A stretch of 64,000 bases of DNA from Aulosira sp. ZfuVER01 (lineage in GTDB: Bacteria; Cyanobacteriota; Cyanobacteriia; Cyanobacteriales; Nostocaceae): the NCBI GenBank assembly GCA_034530615.2, contig JAVRCV020000030.1, positions 8,858 to 72,857 on the forward strand. The letters are read 5' to 3'. The notes below the pieces were generated by a model. The model was not told the DNA's origin, made no database searches, and was given only the letters and a program-made list of their open reading frames with translations. Position numbers and translations under genes: made by a program. Shown in pieces: positions 18,470-29,321 of this stretch (its first letter is position 1; the number at the start of each line of letters is the position of its first letter).

Positions 18470-18490
18470 TTTATATCGAACGCTCGTTAT
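18470..18490. promoter_or_regulatory. Putative TetR operator, copy 1
   Basis: TTTATATCGAACGCTCGTTAT, an imperfect palindrome 11 bp upstream of the tetR ATG. Confidence 0.65.
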
Positions 18491-18736
18491 ATATTAAGAT
18501 ATAATCCTTAACACTGAGTTGTCAAGATACAGTTGATAACGTAAACAATTTTCTTTTTCTAAATCAATTTAATATCCAAAGCAACAGAATTTATTGCCGA
18601 GCATTTTTTTAGATGAAGCAATATGCATAATTAGTAAAAGGTGGCAACCTCCTGCGATGGAATAGCGTCTCATGGTTAGTTGTAGATGTGATGACTCCAA
18701 AGCGTCAAAAATACACTAAGTGATTAAAAAATCGGC

Positions 18737-19882
18737 ATGAAATTTCAAATTTTATTCGGCTCTTTACTTTCCCAAATTAAAGGACGACATTGGTGGTTAA
18801 GTATCCTATTATGGATAGCTTTGGTTGCCCCAGCACAAGCGTCTGTAATCCTGCGCATCGCCATTGAAAGGAATGTCAATCAAGTAAGAGTTGGTAGCTC
18901 GACAACTGCAACAGTCAAGGATGGTACTGGTCGGACTCTGGGACAATTGCCAGCGATGAGTGCATTTTATGCCCAACCTGTGTCTGGTGGCGTAGCTTTA
19001 GATAGATGGCAGTCTGGTTTATTTTGGATTGAACCCACAGGTAAAGGATTCGTTTATATTGGCGATCGCTGGTATCGTGGTAGAACGCTGGTTGTGCCCA
19101 CAGACAAAGGCTTAACTGCTGTTAACTGGGTGGATACAGAGGAATATCTCTACAGCGTTATTGGTGGTGAAATGGACGCCCAATGGCCCCAAGAAGCCCT
19201 AAAAGCTCAAGCGATCGCGGCTCGTACTTATGCTTTATACGAACGGGAAAGGCAGCGCAGTAATCCCATTTACGATTTAGGTGATAGCCCAGATCGCTGG
19301 CAAATTTACAAAGGTGTCAGCAGTGAATCTCCGACTACCTACGCCGCCGTTGATGCTACAGCTGGACAAGTTCTAACTTACAACAACAAAATTATTCTCT
19401 CAGTCTTCCATGCTTGTTCTGGGGGACATACGGAAAATGTTGAAGATGTTTGGGGCAGCAAGGAGCCTTATCTGCGTGCTGTTCAAGACTACGATCAAAA
19501 TGTCAAAGAGTGTAACTGGGTGAAAACCTTCTCACCTGCGGAAATTAGTTCTAGGATTTCTGGTGTAGGCAATGTCACAGATATAATTCCAGAGGCACGC
19601 TCACCCTTCCAAAGTGTGAAAGTCCTGAAAATTATTGGTGACAGGGGCACGAAGGAGCTACAGGGCGAAGATGTACGTACTACACTCAGACTGAAGAGTA
19701 CCCGATTTAATGTTAGTAAGGGAGCCGATGGTAGTTTTGTCCTTCAAGGACTAGGTTACGGTCATGCTATAGGTATGAGTCAGTGGGGAGCTTACAATCT
19801 TGCCCAGCGAGGCGCAAATTACCTACAAATTTTGGGACATTATTACCAAGGTGTAGCTCTAACCCCAATTAAAGCGAAGTAG
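18737..19882 (+). CDS. SpoIID/LytB-domain protein (peptidoglycan lytic transglycosylase-like)
   Basis: Signal peptide, plus EEYLYSV, EALKAQAIAARTYA, FHACSGGHTE and GYGHAIGMSQWGA motifs. Confidence 0.93.
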   Translation: MKFQILFGSLLSQIKGRHWWLSILLWIALVAPAQASVILRIAIERNVNQVRVGSSTTATVKDGTGRTLGQLPAMSAFYAQPVSGGVALDRWQSGLFWIEPTGKGFVYIGDRWYRGRTLVVPTDKGLTAVNWVDTEEYLYSVIGGEMDAQWPQEALKAQAIAARTYALYERERQRSNPIYDLGDSPDRWQIYKGVSSESPTTYAAVDATAGQVLTYNNKIILSVFHACSGGHTENVEDVWGSKEPYLRAVQDYDQNVKECNWVKTFSPAEISSRISGVGNVTDIIPEARSPFQSVKVLKIIGDRGTKELQGEDVRTTLRLKSTRFNVSKGADGSFVLQGLGYGHAIGMSQWGAYNLAQRGANYLQILGHYYQGVALTPIKAK

Positions 19883-19924
19883 TCTACTGCTGTAGTTGAT
19901 TCAAAATTCCCAATTTATCGAAAA

Positions 19925-19970
19925 TTAGCCCTCTTCTGTCATTAATAAAAAAGTGACAAAGAAGGGCTAA
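19925..19970. terminator. Bidirectional terminator-like hairpin between convergent genes
   Basis: TTAGCCCT...TGTCA / TGACA...AGGGCTAA stem. Confidence 0.6.
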
Positions 19971-19994
19971 AAATCTTTATATTGGGTTATTTGT

Positions 19995-21287
19995 CTATTT
20001 TCCTTCATCTAACCGTCGTTGCCATTCAGCGTCAATCTGTGCAGAACGCTCAAATTCCTGTTCGAGTAAGTCAGTTTCGCTGGAGTAAACTAAATCTTCT
20101 TTGCCGATCGTTTTTTCTGTAGCAAACTGGCGGGCGTAATCAATTTTTTGCTGTAAACTGCTATCCATGTTTGTTAATAGCCTAGCTCGTGAAAGGCGAT
20201 CGCGGTTACGTGCAGCAATTTTCCGATTGCGCCACTGAATCCAAAAATAACGCACTAACGGTACACCCAAAAAACCGATTCCATAAGCTAGCAGTAGCCA
20301 GTAAATCCCTTGAACAAAAACTACCAATTCGCCTAATTGGGCAGCAACTATGCCGTCTCTTAATAAACTTCCCAGCACTAAAGCAAGAACAAAATTGAGT
20401 ATGCCCAACCCAGCACTGAGCATATTTTGTCCTGAACTGGCCTCACTAAAACGCCAGAGTGATTCCTCTAAATATACAGAGATCGATTGACGACGCTTTT
20501 TGCTGGCTTTTATCTGCAATTCTGGGAAGTAATAGACAATTTGCCCTTCTGGACTTACTTTTGGTTGCCCATTAAATCGTAGGAGAACAGGCAACATATA
20601 ATCTTCGTATTCTTGTTGATATTTCTCCCCAATATTATCCAAGTAAGGAGCTATTTGTTCTGCTACCACTGCGCCACGATTATGCTGAATCACAGCAGCG
20701 ATTTCCTGCCAACGACGTTCTTCTAACTTGGCATTTGGATTACCATCACCAAACAAAAACGAAAAGACTGCCTCAAAGAAATTCAGATTACTTGTTTGAT
20801 TTCTTTCACGTCGCCTTTGGTGGTATTCAGTCTGATAATTGGGGCTAAAATACCAAAATAAATCTGGGAAAAAAAAGAAGCCACCGCCCCCAGAATGACT
20901 GCTTCTATTGTTACCATCACGATCTGAGTTCATAGCAGTAACGATCATGATGATGGTAACAGTAATTAAGGCGATAGAAACAATTAAGAAAATACCAAAG
21001 GAAATGCGAATCAGGTAAAACAGAGCACCCCAAACCTTTTGCCACCATTCCTGCAACCTTAACTGCAAATATTTATTCTGTAAAATTGCCCGAAAATTTT
21101 GCGGAAATAAGTAAACAATATCACCAGATTCTGCTACCTGCAAATGTCCGCCAGCATCAGAGGCCAAAGCTAATAACCCTTGTCCCGCCTCTGCGATATT
21201 TAATCCAGCCTGAGTTGCGACATCACCAACGGTGACACGATAACCCAGTTGTTCTACAGCTTGCATAATGGTGGGATTAGGAGCCAT
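19995..21287 (-). CDS. Conserved cyanobacterial/plastid membrane protein of unknown function (At5g03900-like)
   Basis: RVTVGDVA, GGHLQV, FSFLFGDGNPN, GAVVAEQIAPYLD and IVYYFPELQ motifs; several hydrophobic segments. Confidence 0.8.
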   Translation of the reverse strand: MAPNPTIMQAVEQLGYRVTVGDVATQAGLNIAEAGQGLLALASDAGGHLQVAESGDIVYLFPQNFRAILQNKYLQLRLQEWWQKVWGALFYLIRISFGIFLIVSIALITVTIIMIVTAMNSDRDGNNRSSHSGGGGFFFFPDLFWYFSPNYQTEYHQRRRERNQTSNLNFFEAVFSFLFGDGNPNAKLEERRWQEIAAVIQHNRGAVVAEQIAPYLDNIGEKYQQEYEDYMLPVLLRFNGQPKVSPEGQIVYYFPELQIKASKKRRQSISVYLEESLWRFSEASSGQNMLSAGLGILNFVLALVLGSLLRDGIVAAQLGELVVFVQGIYWLLLAYGIGFLGVPLVRYFWIQWRNRKIAARNRDRLSRARLLTNMDSSLQQKIDYARQFATEKTIGKEDLVYSSETDLLEQEFERSAQIDAEWQRRLDEGK

Positions 21288-21482
21288 TGCTCTCCCCTCC
21301 TGTTAAATCTATTTACTCTCTTTATTCAAGTATAAAGTTTTATTTGAGATGACTGGGGAGAGCGATCGCCAATTCAACATTCAATTTTTAATTTTTAAAT
21401 ATTTTAGTTTTTTATTGCCACTATATTCATGTTAAAATCATCTTCTTTGGCTTGGTTAAATAGCAACTTTTTTGCTCTAAAT

Positions 21483-21962
21483 ATGGTTCAGTACACTCTC
21501 GCTCAAAGCCCAGAAATTATTCTCACTGTTTCTGGCAAAGATTCAGCCAAAGCCCGTGAGAAAGCAATGGATCAGCTGATGGAACTGATGGATGCAGGTA
21601 AGCTACCCACAGAACTAGAAGAGGGATTTGGTCCGCAACAATTAATTGAAGTTAAAGAACCAACCGCTGAGACTGCTAGTGGTGAAGATGCAATTACTCA
21701 AGCTGTCCAAGTTCTCAGCAACCTTGCCACACTCAAGCTAAAAGTTCAGGAATCACGTACTGAAGCCTTAGAAATTCGCAAAGCGGTTGATATTCTCTTC
21801 TCAGACAATTCAGTGACTGAAGAGGAAATTACTCGCCTCAAAGAAGGTTTTAAAGTACTCAAAAATTTTGCCCAAGCTAATGTACGTTACCAAGATGCAC
21901 GAACTAAAGCCGAACAAGCAAGACAAGTTCTAGATCAGGCTTTAAAATCACCTGATAAGTAA
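21483..21962 (+). CDS. Conserved hypothetical protein
   Basis: MVQYTLAQSPEIILTVSGKDSAKAREKAMDQL..., helical C-terminus. Start placed at ATG 21483. Confidence 0.8.
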   Translation: MVQYTLAQSPEIILTVSGKDSAKAREKAMDQLMELMDAGKLPTELEEGFGPQQLIEVKEPTAETASGEDAITQAVQVLSNLATLKLKVQESRTEALEIRKAVDILFSDNSVTEEEITRLKEGFKVLKNFAQANVRYQDARTKAEQARQVLDQALKSPDK

Positions 21963-21980
21963 TAGTATTTGACAATTAGT

Positions 21981-22029
21981 AAAGGGTAATTGTTAATCAA
22001 GAATTAATCATGAATAACAATTACCCTTT
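21981..22029. terminator. Bidirectional terminator-like hairpin
   Basis: 15-bp perfect inverted repeat AAAGGGTAATTGTTA / TAACAATTACCCTTT between convergent genes. Confidence 0.65.
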
Positions 22030-22035
22030 TCTACT

Positions 22036-24237
22036 CTAGCTGCGTTTATTTTTACTTACGGTAGAGGCGCTAGCATTGACAGTTACTTTATCTGCGCTTA
22101 CCTTTTCTCCACTCACGCTCTGCCTGTAATACTGTTGATAGTATTGATAAGAAACAGGTGCAGCATCTTTAGACTTATTAGCTATCATCCCTAACAAAGG
22201 AGTTCCAGAGATCTGAATTTGTTCCAATGCTTGCTGTAGTGCAGTCCGCTTCAGCTTACCTAAACCAGCAACCAGCACCAGCCCGTCAGTATTAGCCGCT
22301 AACAAGTAAGGATCTGCAAAACCTAACAGAGGAGGCGTGTCATAAATTACTAAATCAAAGCTTACTTGTAGTTCCTCCATGAGATTATGCATCTTTTGAG
22401 AGGCAAGTAACCTGACCGAATCTGGCGGAATCGGTCCAGCCGGCATCACAAACATATTCTCTTCTAAAGGTGATGGCTCAATTACATTGTGCCAATCCAA
22501 ATCTTGGGAAATTACATCCGTCAAGCCTTGAATGTTCATGAGTCCCACTCGATTGTGCAAGCTAGGCGCACGCAGATTGGCATCCACAAGTAATACTCGT
22601 TGTCCCATTGCTGCTGCTGCTTGTGCTAGCTGCGTCGCAATCGTAGATTTACCGTCTCCCTGTCCTGCTGAACTGATTACTAGAGAACGAATTGGTGTAT
22701 CAGAACCCAAAAGCAGAATATTGGTGTACAAAGAGCGAAAAACTTCAAAGAAAGAAGCCCCATCGGAATTTGGCACACCCCGAGAGAAATTGTCTTTTGT
22801 CGCCACTTCTAGTTCTTTTCTTAAAGGAACTATTCCCAGTAATGGCAGCCTTGTAGCGTCTTTGAGTTCCTGAGAAGAGTAGAAGATATTGCTGAGTTTG
22901 TCTACAACTAAAGCTGTGCCTACACCCAATAGCAAACCCAAAAGACCGCCCAATGCTAAGTTGCGTTTAGCACTGTCTGAGATGGCCAAAGGTTCATTCA
23001 CTTTCGTAAGTGTAGGATCGAGTAACAGCCAAGGTTGTTGTTTTTGAGCTTTCTCAATTTGTAAGGATTGTTGTTTAGTAGTAAACTGCGTCAGTGCCTC
23101 GTTAGCAATTTGCAGTTCTCGCTGGATGTTGTCGTAATTCCGGCTAATAGTTGCTAACTTTCTAACTTCACTATAGGCATTGTTAATTTTTACATCCAAA
23201 GCTCTATCCCGTGCTGACATTTCTCGGATACGGCTTTGAAAGTCTTTTTGCACTCGTGCTTCTTCTTGGCCTAACAATGGCAGTAAATACTCTTTCTTTT
23301 GTCTTAAAGTCACCATTGCTGGGTTTTCATCTGTAAACACAGCTGACTGTTGTTTAATTGCAATATCTGCTGCCTGGATTTGATCTAAAATCTTTTGGTA
23401 GCGAACATTATCACTCAACAAAGAATTACCTGCTCTCTCACCAGGTTCTTGAGCTAATTCTTTTTGTAATTCTTCATATCTGGCTACCATTTGTTCTAAC
23501 TGAACTCGATTTTCTATTCGCTGTTGCCTCAAGGTAGAAATTTGACTAGATAACTCTTGAGCTTTCTGTGCAGGTTCAATCAAGTTATTATCCAGCCGTA
23601 GATTGCGCAATTGGTCTTGCCAGTATTTCAGACTCTTAACTAGTGGCTGTTTTTGTTGGTTAACAAACTGAATAGCTTGTTCAACATCTGATTGCCGTTC
23701 TTGCAAACTATATTGCAGATAAGCATCAGCGAGCAGCTTTAATACATCGCTAACTAACTTTTGATCTGAGTTGGTATATTCAATATTTAAGATGTTTGGC
23801 TTACTGGATGAAATCTTTAAGTAATAAACCAGTAGATCATAAGTGAGGTCTGGGTATTGAGCTTGAAGTTTTTCAACAATAGGATTAAGGACCCTAGGAC
23901 TTTGCAGAACCGTGATCGTTGTTTGAATATCTCTTGTAGACTCAGGAGGTGCTACCCTATCTTGGCTATTTAGTGTTTGAGGAACGTTGGCGATCGCTTT
24001 ATCTTCACCAGTCACCGGCTTGGTTAAAATATCGAACGTGCCTTGATACACTGGGGGATCTGTTTCCGCCTTTAGCACTGCTGCTGTTGCTACTAAGGCT
24101 GTGGTTCCACCAATTAACAATAATCTCCGACGCAAGACTGCTCCAACTTGACCCAGGTTCAATCCACCTTCATCATCATTTAACTGGGTAAAGTTTGCTT
24201 GTGACAACGGGTGAGGATACTTTTCTGACTTCAGCAT
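22036..24237 (-). CDS. wzc: Wzc/GumC-type polysaccharide co-polymerase with BY-kinase domain
   Basis: Two transmembrane segments flanking a coiled coil; Walker A GQGDGKST, LVDANLR, IYDTPP, and a C-terminal Tyr cluster YQYYQQYY. Confidence 0.92.
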   Translation of the reverse strand: MLKSEKYPHPLSQANFTQLNDDEGGLNLGQVGAVLRRRLLLIGGTTALVATAAVLKAETDPPVYQGTFDILTKPVTGEDKAIANVPQTLNSQDRVAPPESTRDIQTTITVLQSPRVLNPIVEKLQAQYPDLTYDLLVYYLKISSSKPNILNIEYTNSDQKLVSDVLKLLADAYLQYSLQERQSDVEQAIQFVNQQKQPLVKSLKYWQDQLRNLRLDNNLIEPAQKAQELSSQISTLRQQRIENRVQLEQMVARYEELQKELAQEPGERAGNSLLSDNVRYQKILDQIQAADIAIKQQSAVFTDENPAMVTLRQKKEYLLPLLGQEEARVQKDFQSRIREMSARDRALDVKINNAYSEVRKLATISRNYDNIQRELQIANEALTQFTTKQQSLQIEKAQKQQPWLLLDPTLTKVNEPLAISDSAKRNLALGGLLGLLLGVGTALVVDKLSNIFYSSQELKDATRLPLLGIVPLRKELEVATKDNFSRGVPNSDGASFFEVFRSLYTNILLLGSDTPIRSLVISSAGQGDGKSTIATQLAQAAAAMGQRVLLVDANLRAPSLHNRVGLMNIQGLTDVISQDLDWHNVIEPSPLEENMFVMPAGPIPPDSVRLLASQKMHNLMEELQVSFDLVIYDTPPLLGFADPYLLAANTDGLVLVAGLGKLKRTALQQALEQIQISGTPLLGMIANKSKDAAPVSYQYYQQYYRQSVSGEKVSADKVTVNASASTVSKNKRS

Positions 24238-25165
24238 AGCACTTGTCAAATAAACTACTTATATTCCTTACACGGTGAATTCTTCGATTCAATCTTGGTA
24301 TAGGTAGTTAGATTGCTCCGAAGTTGTTTTCTTGTCTCTGCACCCTAGTAAACCAATAAATTTACTGATAACTCATATAATACAAACAATATTAGGGGGT
24401 AAATAATTTTACCAAGACATTACTGAATACAAATACTTAGCTTAGGCTGCTATATATTTAAGATACGGCTAATTTGAATAATTTTACTATAACTACAGTA
24501 GCATTACGCAGGAAGAATTGGTGGAATTCTTTAAAAGATGAGTCTAACTTTGGAGAAAATGTGGTTCTTTACGTATAAACACTAGATTAATCTGTATTGA
24601 GAATAGCCATATTTGAAAATATTTAGATATATACTTAAATTTAGAAAATATACTGAATTTTTGTAAACAACTGTAATTTTCATATAAAACAGAATTCAAA
24701 ATTAAAACAGACTTGATGCCTGTATTTGTGACTTACGATCTGTATTTCTCTCACTTGAAACCGCTGTATTATCTCAGAGTCTAAGTTACAGGCTATTAAG
24801 CAACTATACAGGGATGCGTTTAAGACGACACATTGAAGCTCTTAGACCCCAAACCTAAAAACTATTGATTCAATTCTAGGAAGATATTTTTTGTCTGCAT
24901 GAAAAAATTCGCTGGTTGAGAACCATGCGATCGCCTACGGAAAGATATATCTCTCCTTCATCATTCGTTGAAAAGCAGTTAGTACAGGAGGGTTTTCGCT
25001 AAAAAAATACTAGAAGTGTTTGAATAAGTAAATTCTTTTGCTCTACGCAAACCAAATGCCAGAAAAGCTCTGTTTTACTATACCTCGCAGGCTTTGTTCT
25101 TCAACATAAAAAATTAAAGCCTTAGAGGCTTTGAATTTAATGAAGTAGTAGAGCTTTTAAATGAA

Positions 25166-25237
25166 CTGGGGCGCTAGGATTCGAACCTAGGGATGGCGGG
25201 ACCAAAACCCGCTGCCTTACCACTTGGCTACGCCCCA
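25166..25237 (-). tRNA. tRNA-Gln (TTG)
   Basis: Reverse complement TGGGGCGTAGCCAAGTGGTAAGGCAGCGGGTTTTGGTCCCGCCATCCCTAGGTTCGAATCCTAGCGCCCCAG folds as a cloverleaf with anticodon TTG. Confidence 0.97.
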
Positions 25238-25357
25238 ACAATTTGCACTTTAGATAATATAACAGCCAATGCTGGGTTAGTGTCAAGTACTTTTGAGAAA
25301 AAAAATTAAGATTAATTGCTTTGCTTTACAGCCAGATAGCGAGCATCCTGAATAAAT

Positions 25358-26785
25358 TTAACTCTGCTTGGTATAAAGCTGACGGTTGGCACCAGTAAAT
25401 TCTTGGTGTGCTTGAGGATTAAGTGATTGCCTACTCATCTGTCGTTGATGCCATTGTAACCCAATCAAAATAGCCACAGTCATTGTTTGACCAGGTTCTT
25501 CCATCTGAGTAATAATCAGTCCGTAAATAAACAAAGTCAGCATTAGCAATTTGGATAAGTCGTCCCGGCAAAGACGGCTCCAAACGATATAACCCAAATA
25601 CAGATAACTTACTAAACCGAAAAAGCCTAAATCTCCCCAAATACCAGCCCAGCTGAAAAGAGGCATAAACATGGAAGATTCTAGAATCAGCCAATTAGAG
25701 TTTACATAAGCCCAAATTTGTTCTGTTACAGGATGAGTGGTAACACCTAAGGGAGCCAGCATAGATGCATAATCCCGGAATACCCATCCTCCTAGCCTGC
25801 TCACAGTATGACCAGGGCCTAAACCAAACAACCAATTGAAAGGAGAGTGAAAATAACTAGATATCATGCGCATTCCTGCTATTTTAGCCTGATAGCCTTC
25901 ACCATCAGGAGGAATGTAAAGTGATGTTCTATTTGCCCAATGTTTGAATGCACTTAAAGCTTCTATATCTAAATTTTCCATTACCCAGAAAAAACCACCA
26001 ATGACAATAACTACAGCTACAAAATACAATAGCAGCTTGCGAAAATCACTAAATTTAGTTAGTACTAAAATTATCCAAGCCAGGAAAAAAACTACCAATA
26101 CTTGCTTGGAGTCAGAAACTAATAAGTGATAAAATGCAGCAAATATACAAAATATTCGCCACCAAAGAGGGGCACTTTTAGCATTTATCAAATAATACAA
26201 GGCAACACTTATTGAAACTGAAACAGATACATAATTACCCGCTCCAGATAAATAGAATACACCTTGAACGTTATCTGGTAAAGAATATCTAGTATACTTA
26301 AGTACACCTAAAATCAGCAGAAAGTATTGAGCGATCGCCAAAATTATATTAATAACGGCAGATGCTAAAAGAAAAAATCTTAATTTTTTCCAGCTTGCTA
26401 TTGATAGTGGCAAACAAGATATTGCTAACAAGAGCATAAAAGGCTCAGTTAGTAATATAAAATCTAAAACTACGTTAATAAATCCTGCACGATTTAACAG
26501 CGCACTTGTAAGCATTACTCCTAAGAAAAAAAGTAACCCGGCTATAACTTCCCACGAAAATCTTATCTGCAACCGATTTCTTGTTGAAGTACTAACTATG
26601 ACAATCCCCAATACTACGGGAACAACTAAGAAATGGACAAAATTGATAATTGAGGGTCCACCAACTGCACTAATGACGCGAGGATAAAAAGCGCTGGCAA
26701 AGGCTAACAATATTAAAGATATATTTTTAATATACCCTTGTTTATTGTTTTGATAAATTGCTGATTCATCAACAAAACTATGCAT
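25358..26785 (-). CDS. Multi-pass membrane protein, Wzy polymerase/O-antigen ligase-like
   Basis: About 11-12 hydrophobic segments, a large late loop with FGLGPG followed by GDLGFFG, and position at the end of a glycosyltransferase operon. Confidence 0.7.
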   Translation of the reverse strand: MHSFVDESAIYQNNKQGYIKNISLILLAFASAFYPRVISAVGGPSIINFVHFLVVPVVLGIVIVSTSTRNRLQIRFSWEVIAGLLFFLGVMLTSALLNRAGFINVVLDFILLTEPFMLLLAISCLPLSIASWKKLRFFLLASAVINIILAIAQYFLLILGVLKYTRYSLPDNVQGVFYLSGAGNYVSVSVSISVALYYLINAKSAPLWWRIFCIFAAFYHLLVSDSKQVLVVFFLAWIILVLTKFSDFRKLLLYFVAVVIVIGGFFWVMENLDIEALSAFKHWANRTSLYIPPDGEGYQAKIAGMRMISSYFHSPFNWLFGLGPGHTVSRLGGWVFRDYASMLAPLGVTTHPVTEQIWAYVNSNWLILESSMFMPLFSWAGIWGDLGFFGLVSYLYLGYIVWSRLCRDDLSKLLMLTLFIYGLIITQMEEPGQTMTVAILIGLQWHQRQMSRQSLNPQAHQEFTGANRQLYTKQS

Positions 26786-26876
26786 ATATTTTCCAGAAAA
26801 TTTATCTTATTAATTGATAATAATATCAATTAAAATTTTTCTAACTAAAGTCAGATATTTCAACTACTGAAAGTAT

Positions 26877-28001
26877 TTAAAATACTAACATTCTAGCATA
26901 AAAATTAAGATATTGATGCGCAGTATTTAGCTTGCAAAAACGCTGATCGGGGATAATGTGGTTAGAATCAGGTTCAGATAAACAATCTGTAATAGCTTTA
27001 GCGAGATTTTGGGTAGTATCTCCGTGCAATTCAAAATAATTACAGTTATTATTGCCAATTTCTCTGAATATGGGAATATTAGAACAGACTACTCTACAAG
27101 CAAGATACAGTGCCTCAGCTAAAGGCAAACAAAAACCTTCAGTTGAAGAAGGTACCACTAAAAGCTGGCAATTCTCATACAACCAACGTAATTCACCATC
27201 ATCTATTGATGTCATGAGCAAAATACGATCTTGTAAGGAAAGTGCTTGGATTTGGTTATGAATATTCTCCGTCTCTGGCCCAGTGCTACCTACAATAATT
27301 AACTGAGTCGAATCTTTTATCTGATGAGCATTTAACAATAGATGATAAGATTTGATTAGAATATCTAAGTTTTTATTTTTGCGATGCTGGGCAACAGCTA
27401 GTAAAAAAGGTAGTTGAGCATTAGTAGATTTTGGTGCTTGAGAAGTTACATGGCTAAAGTCTACATAATTATAGATAACACTAGCCTTTTTTCGCTGCTC
27501 AATTTGAGGGAAATATTCCTTTAAGCGTTCTAGAGTATATTGAGAAACGCAGGATAATCCATCACTATTGTTAATACATTGCTTTAGGAATAACTGATTA
27601 AAAATCACATTAGGATAGCCAAAATTCTGTGGATATTCATAAGCATATAAATCATGAATAGTAGCTACTACAGGGCATGGAAAAAGTTGACGAATAAACG
27701 GCAGTGGAAAGGCTAGATGTACTAAATCAGCATGAAGTTGTTTGGCTAGTTTTGGCAAATCCCATAAAAACCAAAAATTCCTTGTAATGGATATATTTTT
27801 AACATCTACACTTACCAAAGTGATTTTATTTGATTCTAAAGAAAAAGAAGTTTCAAAATAATATTTTTGCCATGAACCTACAACTAAAGTTACTTTACTA
27901 ATGTTATCTGTGTCAGCAAGACATTTTGCAAGATTTGCAGCATGTCTACAAACTCCAGTAGGTTTTGTAGGTCTGTGTAAAGCAGCAATTAAAATGTGCA
28001 T
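26877..28001 (-). CDS. Glycosyltransferase family 4
   Basis: TIHDL, KNKN and PSSTEGFCLPLAEA motifs. Confidence 0.9.
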   Translation of the reverse strand: MHILIAALHRPTKPTGVCRHAANLAKCLADTDNISKVTLVVGSWQKYYFETSFSLESNKITLVSVDVKNISITRNFWFLWDLPKLAKQLHADLVHLAFPLPFIRQLFPCPVVATIHDLYAYEYPQNFGYPNVIFNQLFLKQCINNSDGLSCVSQYTLERLKEYFPQIEQRKKASVIYNYVDFSHVTSQAPKSTNAQLPFLLAVAQHRKNKNLDILIKSYHLLLNAHQIKDSTQLIIVGSTGPETENIHNQIQALSLQDRILLMTSIDDGELRWLYENCQLLVVPSSTEGFCLPLAEALYLACRVVCSNIPIFREIGNNNCNYFELHGDTTQNLAKAITDCLSEPDSNHIIPDQRFCKLNTAHQYLNFYARMLVF

Positions 28002-28052
28002 ATTATAGTTTTATTAAATAATTTGTAACTGAAATGAAAATATAGTATTTGT

Positions 28053-29165
28053 TTATGTACTAAATAAATATTTGGATATTGTCCTATTTTTCATAAGCAA
28101 ATCTACAGCTAGCCAGCTAATAAAAAAACTAGGTATAGAAAATACCATTTGAGAAAGAATAGTTACCTGTTCTAGAAGATGAGGTTGTATTTTTTTAACT
28201 AAAATCTCCATAATATTGATTGCTAAAGGGTGAATCAAGTAAATTCCAAAAGAACATAATCCCAAATTTTTTATAAAATTGTTCTCCTTTAATTGATTTG
28301 ATAAAGCAATGCCAAACGCTAGTAGAGAGTATCCTAATAAAACTTCTCTAAAGCCAATAGGTAAAAACCAATTTCCTAAAAAATCGATAATAATAAATAC
28401 CAATAATGCTAATGTAGTAGCTGTAAGTTTGGAGAACGGCAATGTAAAGTTACTTTTAAAAAGAATAAATTTCCATGTTATGGCAATAAAGAAGTAAGGC
28501 AGACACCTCACTATCCATGCAGTTGTTACTGAAATAAATCTCAAAACTTCATTGCTATTACTTTGGTTAGGAATTAATTGGCTTAATAGTCCTTGAAAAG
28601 CTACATCAGAGCCTAATAAAAATGTATTGTTAGTTATAATAAGTAAGTCATAAGAAATCAGACTTAATAAAGTTAAAATGAATAATCCTATAATAGAAAT
28701 TTTGGTTTTATCTAAGTAAAACGCAATTATCATAAGTGAAGTTCCCACTAACAGTATCGGTAAAAAATATAATTGTATTGCTGCTCCTCCATAAAAAATT
28801 ATTGAGAATGGATCTTTAAATAATTCATTTAGCTTATTATCTTGATGTAACGCTAAAAACATTATTGTTTTGATCGCCAAAAATATTATTGTCCAGATGA
28901 TATATGGAAAAAGAATACGCTGCAATCTAACTTGCCAATAATTCCATGAAAAATCAGGATTACGCCTACAAATCATTAGATAAAAAGACGTAGCTAAAAA
29001 GAAGGGCACAGGAAAGTTAAATAAATATGAAAGCTGTGCAGATAAAGGGTGTACAGTAGCCCAAGTTTTATCTCCAGAATGCAACAAAATAACACCATAT
29101 GCTGCGATACCACGGCATAAATCTATTCCTGCAAATCTTGATTTTTTTTCTATCTTGCTGTTCAT
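28053..29165 (-). CDS. Acyltransferase-3 (OafA-like) membrane O-acyltransferase
   Basis: IDLCRGIAAYGVILLH, VPFF, RLQRILFPY, LYFL and SFGIYLIHP motifs. Confidence 0.88.
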   Translation of the reverse strand: MNSKIEKKSRFAGIDLCRGIAAYGVILLHSGDKTWATVHPLSAQLSYLFNFPVPFFLATSFYLMICRRNPDFSWNYWQVRLQRILFPYIIWTIIFLAIKTIMFLALHQDNKLNELFKDPFSIIFYGGAAIQLYFLPILLVGTSLMIIAFYLDKTKISIIGLFILTLLSLISYDLLIITNNTFLLGSDVAFQGLLSQLIPNQSNSNEVLRFISVTTAWIVRCLPYFFIAITWKFILFKSNFTLPFSKLTATTLALLVFIIIDFLGNWFLPIGFREVLLGYSLLAFGIALSNQLKENNFIKNLGLCSFGIYLIHPLAINIMEILVKKIQPHLLEQVTILSQMVFSIPSFFISWLAVDLLMKNRTISKYLFST

Positions 29166-29321
29166 AAATATTTCTGAGGTAAATAACTAACTAGTAATAG
29201 TAATCAGTTGCCTATACGTGAACAGTCTTGTAATATGGGTTTTTAAGCAAATTTAATCTGAGTAATTGTTTTTGCTAGCCTGCACTAGTAGTAATTAGTT
29301 TTTCACTAAAAAACCTTTAAT

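Noticed and set aside
24399..24412. GTA-N8-TAC (NtcA-like box) upstream of wzc
   Set aside because: No TAN3T -10 element at the canonical ~22-nt spacing, and such a match is expected by chance in AT-rich DNA.
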